Assembly: GCA_017882165.1 (NCBI GenBank)
Contig: JADGPZ010000002.1
Coordinates: 14,142 to 78,141 of the forward strand
DNA: 64,000 nt
Source: Candidatus Kapaibacterium sp.
GTDB taxonomy: Bacteria; Bacteroidota; Ignavibacteria; Palsa-1295
Direction: 5' to 3'
Made by a program: the position numbers and the translations under genes. Each line of letters begins with the position of its first letter. The first letter of the stretch is position 1. Shown here one piece after another: positions 31,034-40,135 of the stretch. The notes beneath the pieces are model-generated. The model did no database searches, was not told where the DNA came from, and saw nothing but the letters and a program-made list of their open reading frames with translations.

Positions 31034-31085
31034 AGGATGAGCGATCATCCTAAGGATGAGCGATCATCAGGATGAGCAATCATCC
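31034..31085. repeat. Three tandem copies of a 17-nt self-palindromic unit (A)GGATGAGCGATCATCC in the ftsI-murE intergenic region
   Basis: Seen directly at 31034-31050, 31052-31068 and 31069-31085, with one G-to-A change in the third copy. Confidence 0.7.
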
Positions 31086-31242
31086 GCCTAACTTCAGAAT
31101 TCATCATTCGTTATTGCTGCTGTGATCACGCCGGAGGTACCTGTGCGAGAAATGCAGTGGATGAGACTGAGATCATCGATGATCTCAAAAATCGTCCACG
31201 TCACGACGCATCTCATCGCCTGAAAGCAGCGTTCTTTGAAAA

Positions 31243-32769
31243 ATGAAATTACGTGAGCTAACGCGGTTGGAGGAGATCGGTCTTCTTGGGGTATCGGCAC
31301 CGAGTGAAAGTGCCTCCTGGGAGGCCGATCTCTCCAGCCCGCGTTATGATTCGCGCGACGTACAGACGGGCGATACTTTTTTCGCCATTCGAGGCTTTGA
31401 AACGGATGGCCATCGCTTTATCCGGCAAGCGATTGCACGCGGCGTGCAAACAATCGTCATCGAGGACGAGAACACATTCTCGAGCCAGGATGCGGAGCAA
31501 GCGGGTGTCGCGCGCATTCTTGTCGAGAACACACGCCGCGCGCTCGCAATCGTTTCGGAGCAAGCTTTCGGGTCGCCCAGCTCGAAAATGCGTCTCATCG
31601 GAGTCACCGGGACGAACGGCAAAACGACGACGACCAACCTCATCAAGCAGTTTCTCGAACTGCGCGGCGAACGCGTCGGACTCATCGGGACGATCGGCAT
31701 TGAGATCGCTGGCGAGGAGATCGAGGCGACGCACACGACGCCAGAGTCACGGGATGTTTCCGAATTGCTTGCACGGATGGTTGCAGTCGAGGTAACCACC
31801 TGTGTGATGGAGGTCAGCTCACATGCACTGGCGCTCGATCGTGTGGCAGGACTTGATTTTGACATTGCCGTCTTCACTAATCTGACGCAGGACCATCTCG
31901 ACTTCCATCACACGATGGAAGAGTATTTCGCGACCAAACAAAAGTTTTTCAACGGACTCAAAGATACGGCCATTGCGATCACGAATGCGGATGACCCGTA
32001 TGGCTATCGAATGGTCGAACGAACGCGTGCCAATGCACACACTTTTTCAATCTCCGAAAACGGGATAATGGTCGGCGGAGATCTCATTGCAAGTGATCTC
32101 GATCTTTCGATCGAGGGCAGCAGCTTCGTTGTGGAAAAAAGATATTCCGACGAGAAGGCGCGTGTTAGCTCCCAGCTTGTCGGGGCGTTCAACGTCCAAA
32201 ATTTGATGGCTGCGATCGGTGCGCTTTACTTTGGAGTGGAGGGCTATCCACTCGAACGGCTGGCAATGCTTGCGCGCGAACTCCGGCCCGTGCGGGGAAG
32301 ATTCGAGACGATTCCGCTCGCGAGCGGCGCGTCGGCGATTATTGACTACGCGCATACCCCGGACGCGCTCTGCAAGGTGCTCGAGACAATCCGCCAGGTG
32401 GCGCCATCCGCAAAGATCACCACGGTTTTTGGTTGCGGAGGCGACCGCGACAGGATGAAACGCCCTCAGATGGGCCAAATCGCAAGTCTATTGTCAGATG
32501 CGGTGATCGTTACGTCCGACAATCCGCGTTCGGAATCGCCGGAAGCCATTATCAGTGAAGTTGTGGCCGGAATTCCGGCAAATGCGCTGCAAAAAGTGGC
32601 AATTAAACCAGATCGGAGCAGGGCTATCGCAATGGCGCTAAACCAATCGGAGCCCGGAGATGTCGTGTTAATAGCTGGCAAAGGGCATGAGCGAGTGCAG
32701 ATTATCGGCCACGAACGTCATCATTTTGACGATCGCGAAGAAGTGCTCCGGTGGGGTGGAATCACCTGA
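31243..32769 (+). CDS. murE: UDP-N-acetylmuramoyl-L-alanyl-D-glutamate--2,6-diaminopimelate ligase
   Basis: Mur ligase Walker-like GVTGTNGKTTTT. The DNPR motif (SDNPRSE) indicates meso-DAP specificity. Confidence 0.9.
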   Translation: MKLRELTRLEEIGLLGVSAPSESASWEADLSSPRYDSRDVQTGDTFFAIRGFETDGHRFIRQAIARGVQTIVIEDENTFSSQDAEQAGVARILVENTRRALAIVSEQAFGSPSSKMRLIGVTGTNGKTTTTNLIKQFLELRGERVGLIGTIGIEIAGEEIEATHTTPESRDVSELLARMVAVEVTTCVMEVSSHALALDRVAGLDFDIAVFTNLTQDHLDFHHTMEEYFATKQKFFNGLKDTAIAITNADDPYGYRMVERTRANAHTFSISENGIMVGGDLIASDLDLSIEGSSFVVEKRYSDEKARVSSQLVGAFNVQNLMAAIGALYFGVEGYPLERLAMLARELRPVRGRFETIPLASGASAIIDYAHTPDALCKVLETIRQVAPSAKITTVFGCGGDRDRMKRPQMGQIASLLSDAVIVTSDNPRSESPEAIISEVVAGIPANALQKVAIKPDRSRAIAMALNQSEPGDVVLIAGKGHERVQIIGHERHHFDDREEVLRWGGIT

Positions 32770-32902
32770 TTTAACGTGTTCGAGTGGGAGCGGTATCGGC
32801 CATAGATGCTGTTATCATTGCGCCCCGAGCGGCGCGGACACCGTCTGAGGCCTGCGGCATTTTGATCGTTTTTACCCTGCATACTCCACTGGCACACCAA
32901 AA

Positions 32903-34324
32903 GTGAATCTCACTGTTCAGGACCTGCTCTCGATCCCGTTCCTCCACGAGGACCGGCTGAGCAGGCTCGATCCGAACCGGACATTCCGCGATGTCTCGAC
33001 CGATTCGCGGACTGTGCACCGGGACGATCTGTTCGTCGCGCTCAAGGGACCGCACTTCGACGGCCACAAATTTTTGGATACCGCACGAAATGAAGGCGCA
33101 GTAGCAGCCATCGTCTCCGACCATTGGTATCGTGCGCAGAAAGGAAAGCAGCTTTCACTTCCGTTACTCGTTGTCAAGGACACACTCGATGCGCTGGGCG
33201 CGCTGGCGAATTGTTACCGGAAGAAATTCAAGATTCCAATCTTAGCCATCGCAGGCTCGAATGGAAAGACGACAACGAAGGAGTTGGTTGCCCACCTGCT
33301 TTCAGATTCGTACGATGTGCTGAAGACGGAGGCGAATTTCAACAACCAGATCGGCGTGCCGCGAATGCTATTCCAGTTGCGCGATGGGCATGACATGGCC
33401 GTGCTCGAGATCGGCACCAACCATCCGGGCGAAATCGCATGGCTTTGCAATGTGACAGAGCCAACACACGTGCTGGTGACGAATATCGGCCGCGAGCATC
33501 TTGAGTTTTTCAAAGACTTGAAGGGCGTTGCGGAAGAAGAGAAAATAGCATTTGCGTATGCGCAAGCGCATAGCGGATTTGCATTCGTCAATCTGGACGA
33601 TCGGTATTTGCGCCAAGCCGCTAAGCAGTTCGGAGATCGCTGCACGACCTTCGGAACGAACGCTCAGGAGAGCCCACATCACGTTAATGTGACCAAGATT
33701 GCCAACTCGAAGGATGGACAAGCCGAGTTACGCGTCGGATTCGATGGCAAGTCCTTCAAAGTGCGGACGCAATTGATCGCAGACTACGCACCGAACATGG
33801 TTGCGGCAGCCGTCGCGGTTGCATTCCATTTCAAGGTTCGGCGAGCCGAGATCAAGTCTCAACTCGAGATCTTCCGGCCCCATACGAAGCGCATGGAGGT
33901 TATGCACACGCCGCACGGTGTGACGATTCTGAACGATGCCTACAACGCTAATCCGGACTCCATGGAAGCCGCAGTTCGCACGCTCGCGACGTTCCCAGCC
34001 GAAGGGCGGAGATATGCGGTTCTCGGAGATATGTTCGAGCTTGGCGATCGATCGAGCAAGGAGCATCGAGCTTTGGGACGATGGCTTGCGACGTGCCATG
34101 TTGACCAAGTCTTCTTTACCGGCAAAGATATGGAGCTGGCCTGGAAGGCATTCGGCTCCGCCAGCGCAAACCAGAAGAGTTCGGCAACCGAGTCGTACTT
34201 CAAGACCAAGAAGCAGCTCGCGACGACTCTTCGAGAGCTTCTGAAGCCTGGCGATGCGGTGCTCATCAAGGGGTCGCGCGGCATGAAGATGGAGGAGCTG
34301 ATCGAAATGCTTCAGCGAGCCTAA
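32903..34324 (+). CDS. murF: UDP-N-acetylmuramoyl-tripeptide--D-alanyl-D-alanine ligase; GTG start
   Basis: IAIAGSNGKTTTKEL P-loop and Mur ligase middle and C-terminal domains. Confidence 0.9.
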   Translation: MNLTVQDLLSIPFLHEDRLSRLDPNRTFRDVSTDSRTVHRDDLFVALKGPHFDGHKFLDTARNEGAVAAIVSDHWYRAQKGKQLSLPLLVVKDTLDALGALANCYRKKFKIPILAIAGSNGKTTTKELVAHLLSDSYDVLKTEANFNNQIGVPRMLFQLRDGHDMAVLEIGTNHPGEIAWLCNVTEPTHVLVTNIGREHLEFFKDLKGVAEEEKIAFAYAQAHSGFAFVNLDDRYLRQAAKQFGDRCTTFGTNAQESPHHVNVTKIANSKDGQAELRVGFDGKSFKVRTQLIADYAPNMVAAAVAVAFHFKVRRAEIKSQLEIFRPHTKRMEVMHTPHGVTILNDAYNANPDSMEAAVRTLATFPAEGRRYAVLGDMFELGDRSSKEHRALGRWLATCHVDQVFFTGKDMELAWKAFGSASANQKSSATESYFKTKKQLATTLRELLKPGDAVLIKGSRGMKMEELIEMLQRA

Positions 34325-34339
34325 CGATCCTTCACCCCA

Positions 34340-35467
34340 ATGTTCTACTATCTTTTTAACTGGATCAATCGAACGTTCAGCCCACCCGGCGGCGACCTGT
34401 TCCGATACCTGACCTTTCGCAGCGCGCTCGCAGCGATTACAGCGCTGCTCATCAGCCTTTGGAGTGGCCCGAAGATCATCGCACGCTTGCACTCGCTGCA
34501 GATTGGCGAGCAAGGGAAGGTCGAGGCGCCCAAACAGCACCTCAAAAAAGCCGGCACGCCGACGATGGGCGGCATCATCGTGCTGATCTCCATCGTGATA
34601 CCCACGCTGCTCTGGGCAGAACTCAGCAATGTATTTATCATCCTGATATTGGTTGCCACCGTTTTGCTCGGTGGCGTTGGATTCCTCGATGATTACCTAA
34701 AAGTTGTAAAGAAGAAGAAGAAGGGATTGGTTGGCCGCTACAAGATTCTCGGGCAGATCGTGGTGGGGCTTGTGGTTTCGCTCACGATCATGTTCTCAAC
34801 CAATCTCTTCAAGTACGCCGGAGTCGATATTACGACTGCGACGACGGTCCCGTTTTTCAAAAATCTCGTATTCGAGTTCGGGCCGGTGTTTTATGTGCTG
34901 TTCGTGATATTTGTTATCACGGCGACATCAAACGCGGTAAACCTGACAGACGGCCTCGATGGGCTCGCTGCGGGGACGGTGGCAATTGCCTTCATTCCAA
35001 TCGCGGCGATCGTTTACTTCTCCGGCAACTTGCAACTCAGCGATTATCTGAATATTCCGTACCTGCGCGGAGCCGGTGAACTGAGTGTGTTCTCGGCCTC
35101 GCTGGTCGGAGCGGTGCTCGGCTTCCTCTGGTACAATGCGCATCCTGCGGAAGTATTCATGGGAGACACCGGATCGCTGGCATTGGGTGGAGCGATTGGG
35201 ACGATGATGGTGCTCTGCAAAAAGGAGTTCGTGCTCCCGATCGTCGGCGGTATCTTCATTCTCGAATCCGTGTCGGTGATCATTCAGACGAGTTACTTCA
35301 AGTATACTCGAAAGCGCTATGGCGAAGGCAAACGAATCTTCCGGATGGCGCCGCTGCACCATCACTTCGAGCTGTGCGGTTGGGACGAGTCGAAGATCGT
35401 GACGCGTGCTTATATCACAGCGATCATCCTCGCAATCCTGGCGCTGACTACTTTCAAAGTTAGATAG
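34340..35467 (+). CDS. mraY: Phospho-N-acetylmuramoyl-pentapeptide transferase
   Basis: Ten TM helices. Conserved KxGTPTMGG, NAVNLTDGLDGLA, and HHHFE motifs. Confidence 0.9.
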   Translation: MFYYLFNWINRTFSPPGGDLFRYLTFRSALAAITALLISLWSGPKIIARLHSLQIGEQGKVEAPKQHLKKAGTPTMGGIIVLISIVIPTLLWAELSNVFIILILVATVLLGGVGFLDDYLKVVKKKKKGLVGRYKILGQIVVGLVVSLTIMFSTNLFKYAGVDITTATTVPFFKNLVFEFGPVFYVLFVIFVITATSNAVNLTDGLDGLAAGTVAIAFIPIAAIVYFSGNLQLSDYLNIPYLRGAGELSVFSASLVGAVLGFLWYNAHPAEVFMGDTGSLALGGAIGTMMVLCKKEFVLPIVGGIFILESVSVIIQTSYFKYTRKRYGEGKRIFRMAPLHHHFELCGWDESKIVTRAYITAIILAILALTTFKVR

Positions 35468-35483
35468 ACATTCTGGTCAACGA

Positions 35484-35557
35484 GGGTGTAGGGTATAGGG
35501 TGTAGGGTATGAATACCCTGCATCCTCTACCCTATACCCTAAACGCTATACCCTATG
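35484..35557. repeat. Nested palindrome built from TAGGGTAT / ATACCCT units spanning the mraY-murD junction and the murD start codon
   Basis: gggtgTAGGGTATAGGGTGTAGGGTATgaATACCCTgcatcctctACCCTATACCCTaaacgctATACCCTATG. The murD ATG (35555) lies inside the 3' arm. Confidence 0.55.
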
Positions 35558-36907
35558 TTAGTCCGTGGCAAACGTTTTTCGATCTTAGGTGCCGGCAGGT
35601 CCGGCCTCGCGGTCGCGCGCTTGCTCAAGACGCGACGGGCCAAAGTATTTCTTTCCGAGAGCGGCAAAAAGTCGAAGTTCGAGGATGCCGCGCGCGAGTT
35701 GGACGAGATTGGAGTCGAGTACGAGTTTGGGAACAACACGCACCGCGTGCTCGATGCCGATTATGTCATACTTAGCCCCGGCGTTCCAATGGAAGCGCCG
35801 ATCGTAAAGCTCGCGCGAGAGAAGGGTATCAAGATCTTGGCAGAGATCGAGATCGCGTTCGATCAATGCGAAGTGCCGGTCATTGCAATCACAGGCACGA
35901 ACGGAAAGACGACGACGACAACGCTCGTCGGGGAGATATTCAAGCGCGCCGAGTGGAACACGCTGGTTGCCGGCAACATCGGAATTGCGTTCTCGGAAAT
36001 TGTCGATCAGGCGAAAGGCGAAAAGGCGGTGGTCGTGCTCGAAGTATCGAGCTTCCAGCTCGATGCGATCGATACGTTCCGACCAAAGGTCTCCGCCATC
36101 TTGAATATCACGCCGGACCACTTAGACCGATACAAGAATTACGAAGCCTATATCCAGTCGAAGTTTCGGATTGTCGAGAACCAGAAGGGACACGATGTCT
36201 TCGTCTATAATCACGATGACGAGACCGTCCGCAATGTTGCGGAAACTGTCAGTGTCCGAACACTCGGATTTTCGCTAAAAGAAGAACTGAAGCAAGGCGC
36301 CTATCTGCAAGGCGACGACATCGTCCTTCGCATTGGCCGCGAAAAGGAAGTGCTGATGAACCGCGCGGAGATCGGCATTCCGGGGCCGCACAATCTGATG
36401 AACGCCATGGCGGCGGCGCTCATGACTCGGACGATGGGTGTCGAGTTCGACGTGATTCGCGAGACGATGCGTGAATTCAAGGGCGTCGAGCATCGCATCG
36501 AATTCGTCCGCGAGTTGAACGGCGTGAAGTATTACAACGACTCCAAAGCGACGAACGTCGATTCGGTTTTTTACGCACTCGGTAGCTTTGCAGAGCCGAT
36601 CATCCTTATCGCCGGTGGCAAGGACAAAGGCAACGATTACTCGAAGATCAAAGATTTAGTCGAGGAGCATGTGAAGGCAATTGTCACCGTCGGCAAAGGT
36701 GCCGAGAAGATCGAGAAATTCTTCAAAGGGATGAAGCCGATTCACTCTGCCGGGATGTCGATGGAGGAAGCCGTGCGATTAGCGAAGGACGCTGCCGCAC
36801 CTGGCGACATTGTGCTCCTCTCACCCGCCTGCGCGAGCTTCGACATGTTCGATAATTACGAACACCGGGGGAGAGTGTTTAAGAAATTAGTGAATCAATT
36901 GAAATGA
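35555..36907 (+). CDS. murD: UDP-N-acetylmuramoylalanine--D-glutamate ligase
   Basis: N-terminal Rossmann GxGxxG (ILGAGRSGLAVARLL), P-loop IAITGTNGKTTTT, and Mur ligase C-terminal domain. Confidence 0.9.
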   Translation: MLVRGKRFSILGAGRSGLAVARLLKTRRAKVFLSESGKKSKFEDAARELDEIGVEYEFGNNTHRVLDADYVILSPGVPMEAPIVKLAREKGIKILAEIEIAFDQCEVPVIAITGTNGKTTTTTLVGEIFKRAEWNTLVAGNIGIAFSEIVDQAKGEKAVVVLEVSSFQLDAIDTFRPKVSAILNITPDHLDRYKNYEAYIQSKFRIVENQKGHDVFVYNHDDETVRNVAETVSVRTLGFSLKEELKQGAYLQGDDIVLRIGREKEVLMNRAEIGIPGPHNLMNAMAAALMTRTMGVEFDVIRETMREFKGVEHRIEFVRELNGVKYYNDSKATNVDSVFYALGSFAEPIILIAGGKDKGNDYSKIKDLVEEHVKAIVTVGKGAEKIEKFFKGMKPIHSAGMSMEEAVRLAKDAAAPGDIVLLSPACASFDMFDNYEHRGRVFKKLVNQLK

Positions 36908-36917
36908 AATTTCCAAT

Positions 36918-37325
36918 ATGGATCCCGTTATCGGCATTCTAACATCGATTGTTATCCTCGCGATTATTTACCTCTGCGTATGGCTAATTCTGAGAATGCT
37001 CATTCGAAGAAGAATCATCAGCGTGCTAATTTCTTCCCTCATTGCACTAATCGTATTTGCAGTGCTCATTACATGGTCCTATTCAAAATGGTATGAACAC
37101 CATATTAAGAGCCTCTCATACGTTGATCCTATCGCTGCGAAGTTCTTTCATGAGCATCCGCTTCGAAGGGATAGCCTGCTCGGAATGACGAAACCGCAAG
37201 TGTTTACCACACTGGGCCTGCCGGAAGATACTGCCGGAGATCGAATCGTTTACACAATCGAACCATACTACCGGACGATTGTCCTATTTTTTAAGAATGG
37301 AACGGTAATCGAAGTTGAGAAATGA
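36918..37325 (+). CDS. Small membrane-anchored protein with BamE/SmpA-OmlA-like C-terminal domain, inserted between murD and ftsW
   Basis: Two N-terminal TM helices. C-terminal GMTKPQVFTTLGLPEDT...RIVYTIEP...VLFFKNGTVIEVEK resembles the BamE fold pattern. GC content is visibly lower than the flanks. Its stop overlaps the ftsW start. Confidence 0.45.
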   Translation: MDPVIGILTSIVILAIIYLCVWLILRMLIRRRIISVLISSLIALIVFAVLITWSYSKWYEHHIKSLSYVDPIAAKFFHEHPLRRDSLLGMTKPQVFTTLGLPEDTAGDRIVYTIEPYYRTIVLFFKNGTVIEVEK

Positions 37326-38497
37326 AACCCAAACGTACTGCCGACCTTAGTCTTTTTTTGGCCGTGACTGGCCTGTTGCTCGCGTCGTTGGCGTTCGTTT
37401 ATACGGCGAGCGCGCACTTCAGCTCGATCAGGGGCACAAGCGAGTCGATGCTCTTCAATCACGCGAAGAAAGTCTTCTTGTCCTTTGCGGCAATGCTTTT
37501 CTTCACGAAGATCGACTACCACAAGTTCGAGAAGCATACGAAGTGGATCATGCTCTCCTCGCTTCTTCTGTTGGTGATGGTACTCTTTGTCGGCACGCGG
37601 GAGCTTGGCGCAAAGCGCTGGCTTGCGCTCGGGCCACTCAGCTTCCAACCGGCGGAGTTTGCAAAGTTCGCCTTGGTGCTGCATGTTGCAGCGCTCTGCG
37701 CGGCGAAGCAGGAGATCATCGGCGATTTCAAGAAGGCATTCTTGCCGATTGTGGCCTGGGCCATTGCGGCGGCAGCGCTGATTGCCAAGCAGCCGAATAT
37801 GTCCACTGCAAGCGTACTGGTGCTCATCACGTTCGGCATCATGTATGTGGCGCAAGTGCCGATGAAGTACATGCTCAGCACCGGGGCGCTGGCCGTGTTC
37901 GGTGGCGGGATCTTCGCGCTGACTGCAAGCTATCGCGTTCAACGGATGCTGGCCTTCGTTGGACATCACAATGCGAGTACGGACAAAGTCACGTATCAGC
38001 TCGATCAGGCGCTGCTCGCCTTTGGTAATGGCGGAATATTCGGAGTCGGCATAGGGCAGTCAAAGCAAAGCATGTTCTTCTTGCCGGAGTCGTATGGCGA
38101 CTTTATTTACTCCGTGATCGGCGAGGAGTACGGGTTTATCGGTGCGGCGCTGCTTGTGGTCCTCTTCGGCTTCATCATTGTGCGGGGCTTCCAGATCGCC
38201 AAGCACGCGCCGGACACATTCGGGCGATTCACGGCTTTCGGTATTACGATGACAATTGCAATTTACGTCATCATCAACGCCTTCGTCAACGTTGGGCTGA
38301 TGCCCGTGACCGGACTACCGATGCCATTCGTGAGCTATGGCGGCACAAGCATGATCTTTGGCGCGGCGGCAGTTGGAATTCTGCTGAATATTTCGAAGCA
38401 TGTTGAATTGCTTCCGCGCGCCTCGACGGTCTCGCTATTCGATCGGCTTGAGCGGCTCTTTCGTCCGCGATCGGAGGAAGGAGCACAACCGGCTTGA
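37322..38497 (+). CDS. ftsW: Peptidoglycan glycosyltransferase FtsW (SEDS family)
   Basis: Ten TM helices and SEDS motifs (GIGQSKQ, PESYGDFIYSVIGEE, PMPFVSYGGTS). Confidence 0.85.
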   Translation: MKPKRTADLSLFLAVTGLLLASLAFVYTASAHFSSIRGTSESMLFNHAKKVFLSFAAMLFFTKIDYHKFEKHTKWIMLSSLLLLVMVLFVGTRELGAKRWLALGPLSFQPAEFAKFALVLHVAALCAAKQEIIGDFKKAFLPIVAWAIAAAALIAKQPNMSTASVLVLITFGIMYVAQVPMKYMLSTGALAVFGGGIFALTASYRVQRMLAFVGHHNASTDKVTYQLDQALLAFGNGGIFGVGIGQSKQSMFFLPESYGDFIYSVIGEEYGFIGAALLVVLFGFIIVRGFQIAKHAPDTFGRFTAFGITMTIAIYVIINAFVNVGLMPVTGLPMPFVSYGGTSMIFGAAAVGILLNISKHVELLPRASTVSLFDRLERLFRPRSEEGAQPA

Positions 38498-39606
38498 TGA
38501 AGAGCGCAAAGAAGACAATCCTCATCGCTGCAGGTGGCACGGGCGGCCATTTGTATCCGGCATTGGCAGTCGCGGAAGAGATTCGCCGCATGCGGCGGGA
38601 TGTCCGTGTCATCTTCGTCGGCACCCGCAAGCGGATCGAGTCGCGCGAGGTGCCGAGAGCCGGGTTTCCGTTTCATCCGATCAAAATCGAAGCACCGCGC
38701 AAGTCTGCGGCAGGAATGCTGCGATTTCCATTCCAATTCGCCGCTGCCACGGTTGATTGTATGCGACTGATGTCCGGCGAGCGGCCTGCAGCGATGCTGG
38801 GCGGTGGCGCGTATCTCAGCGTGCCAGTAGGCATTGCGGCCTGGATCATGCGAATGCCGATAGCGCTACTCGAAATTAACTCGATCGCCGGTTCAGCGAA
38901 TAAACTCCTCGCGCCATTTGCGGATAAGCTGTTCGCGGCCTATCAGGAATCGCTCGATCAATTCACAAAACCTCTTGCACAATCGGCGATTGTCTGCGGA
39001 ACGCCCGTGCGGCCCGAGCTCGGCGCGCTCCAGCTTTCGCAAGCGGAGGCAAGATCGAGTTTCGGCCTCGACGCCGCACGCCGGACGATCTTCATATTCG
39101 GCGGTTCGCTCGGTGCGCGACCGATTAACGAAGCGGTCGAGAGTGCGGCCCCGGGGCTTACCCAGCAGGGGTACAACATCCTGTGGCAGACCGGAAAGAG
39201 CGCTGACGCCGAGCGTCTACGCGAGAAGTTTAGGAATCAGCCGAACGTTCGTGCGATGGAGTACATTTACGAGATGGAGCGGGCCTTCCGCGCTGCGGAC
39301 TTAGTCGTGTGTCGCGCGGGAGCATCGTCGCTGGCCGAGCTTGCACGGCTTGGGAAGCCAACGGTGCTGGTTCCGTGGTCGGGCGCGATGGCGAACCATC
39401 AGGAGATGAACGCACTTGCATTCGAGAAGGATGGAGCGGCCGTAGTGCTTCAAGACGGCGAAGTCAGAGACCGATTGTTAGAGACGGTCCTGTTGTTGCT
39501 TCACGATCCAGAACGATTACGCACGATGTCAGAGGCAATGGCCCGCAGAGACAAACCGGATGCTGCAAAGATTGTGGCCGAATGGTTGTTAGAGAGAGTC
39601 ACATGA
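38497..39606 (+). CDS. murG: UDP-GlcNAc:undecaprenyl-PP-MurNAc-pentapeptide GlcNAc transferase
   Basis: N-terminal GGTGGH(L/V)xPAxAV motif (AAGGTGGHLYPALAVAEE) and GT28 C-terminal domain. The ATG at 38497 overlaps the ftsW stop. Confidence 0.9.
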   Translation: MKSAKKTILIAAGGTGGHLYPALAVAEEIRRMRRDVRVIFVGTRKRIESREVPRAGFPFHPIKIEAPRKSAAGMLRFPFQFAAATVDCMRLMSGERPAAMLGGGAYLSVPVGIAAWIMRMPIALLEINSIAGSANKLLAPFADKLFAAYQESLDQFTKPLAQSAIVCGTPVRPELGALQLSQAEARSSFGLDAARRTIFIFGGSLGARPINEAVESAAPGLTQQGYNILWQTGKSADAERLREKFRNQPNVRAMEYIYEMERAFRAADLVVCRAGASSLAELARLGKPTVLVPWSGAMANHQEMNALAFEKDGAAVVLQDGEVRDRLLETVLLLLHDPERLRTMSEAMARRDKPDAAKIVAEWLLERVT

Positions 39607-40124
39607 CCGAGGAATCAACACACGTCTATCGAGCACGCCTCGATTTCCTGTATCAGTCTATCGCGATGTACGCGGTGGCGCTGGTGCTATATCTCATTGT
39701 TCGGTCGTCCGTTGCATCCGAGGCGTTTCCTTCGCTATGGCAGGACCCACTGTTGTTCCTGCTCTCCGCAATCACGTTGATTTCCGTTTGTGCCTTGGCT
39801 TATAATCTATTTATGGGCCGCCAAATTGAGATCGCACGGGATGCAATCCGGTTTAAGAGCCGCGCGCGCCAGCGCTCTGTGGCGCGATCTGAGGTAGCCT
39901 TTCTGCAATTCGGACCGCGGTTTCGCCAGCCTCGCGGACGTATCCGTGTCGTACGCATTCGGTTGAAAGGCGAGCGGCGCCCAATCCGAATTCGTCTGGC
40001 GAACTTCGATCGCCGCAGACAGTTGCTTGCCGACTTGCGCCAGTGGGCGGGACCGCTGGGCAGAGAAGCGCGTCCGGCGTCAGGCGCGCCACGTAAGATA
40101 GCGCTCGGGAAGGAGTCTGGCTGA
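39603..40124 (+). CDS. Small 2-TM membrane protein with basic, possibly bacterial-PH-like, C-terminal domain, between murG and murC
   Basis: The ATG overlaps the murG stop (ATGA). Two TM helices (IAMYAVALVLYLIV, LLFLLSAITLISVCALAY) and an Arg-rich C-terminal ~90 aa. Part of the frame overlaps the murG 3' end, so the call is tentative. Confidence 0.35.
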   Translation: MTEESTHVYRARLDFLYQSIAMYAVALVLYLIVRSSVASEAFPSLWQDPLLFLLSAITLISVCALAYNLFMGRQIEIARDAIRFKSRARQRSVARSEVAFLQFGPRFRQPRGRIRVVRIRLKGERRPIRIRLANFDRRRQLLADLRQWAGPLGREARPASGAPRKIALGKESG

Positions 40125-40135
40125 GGCCAGCGACT

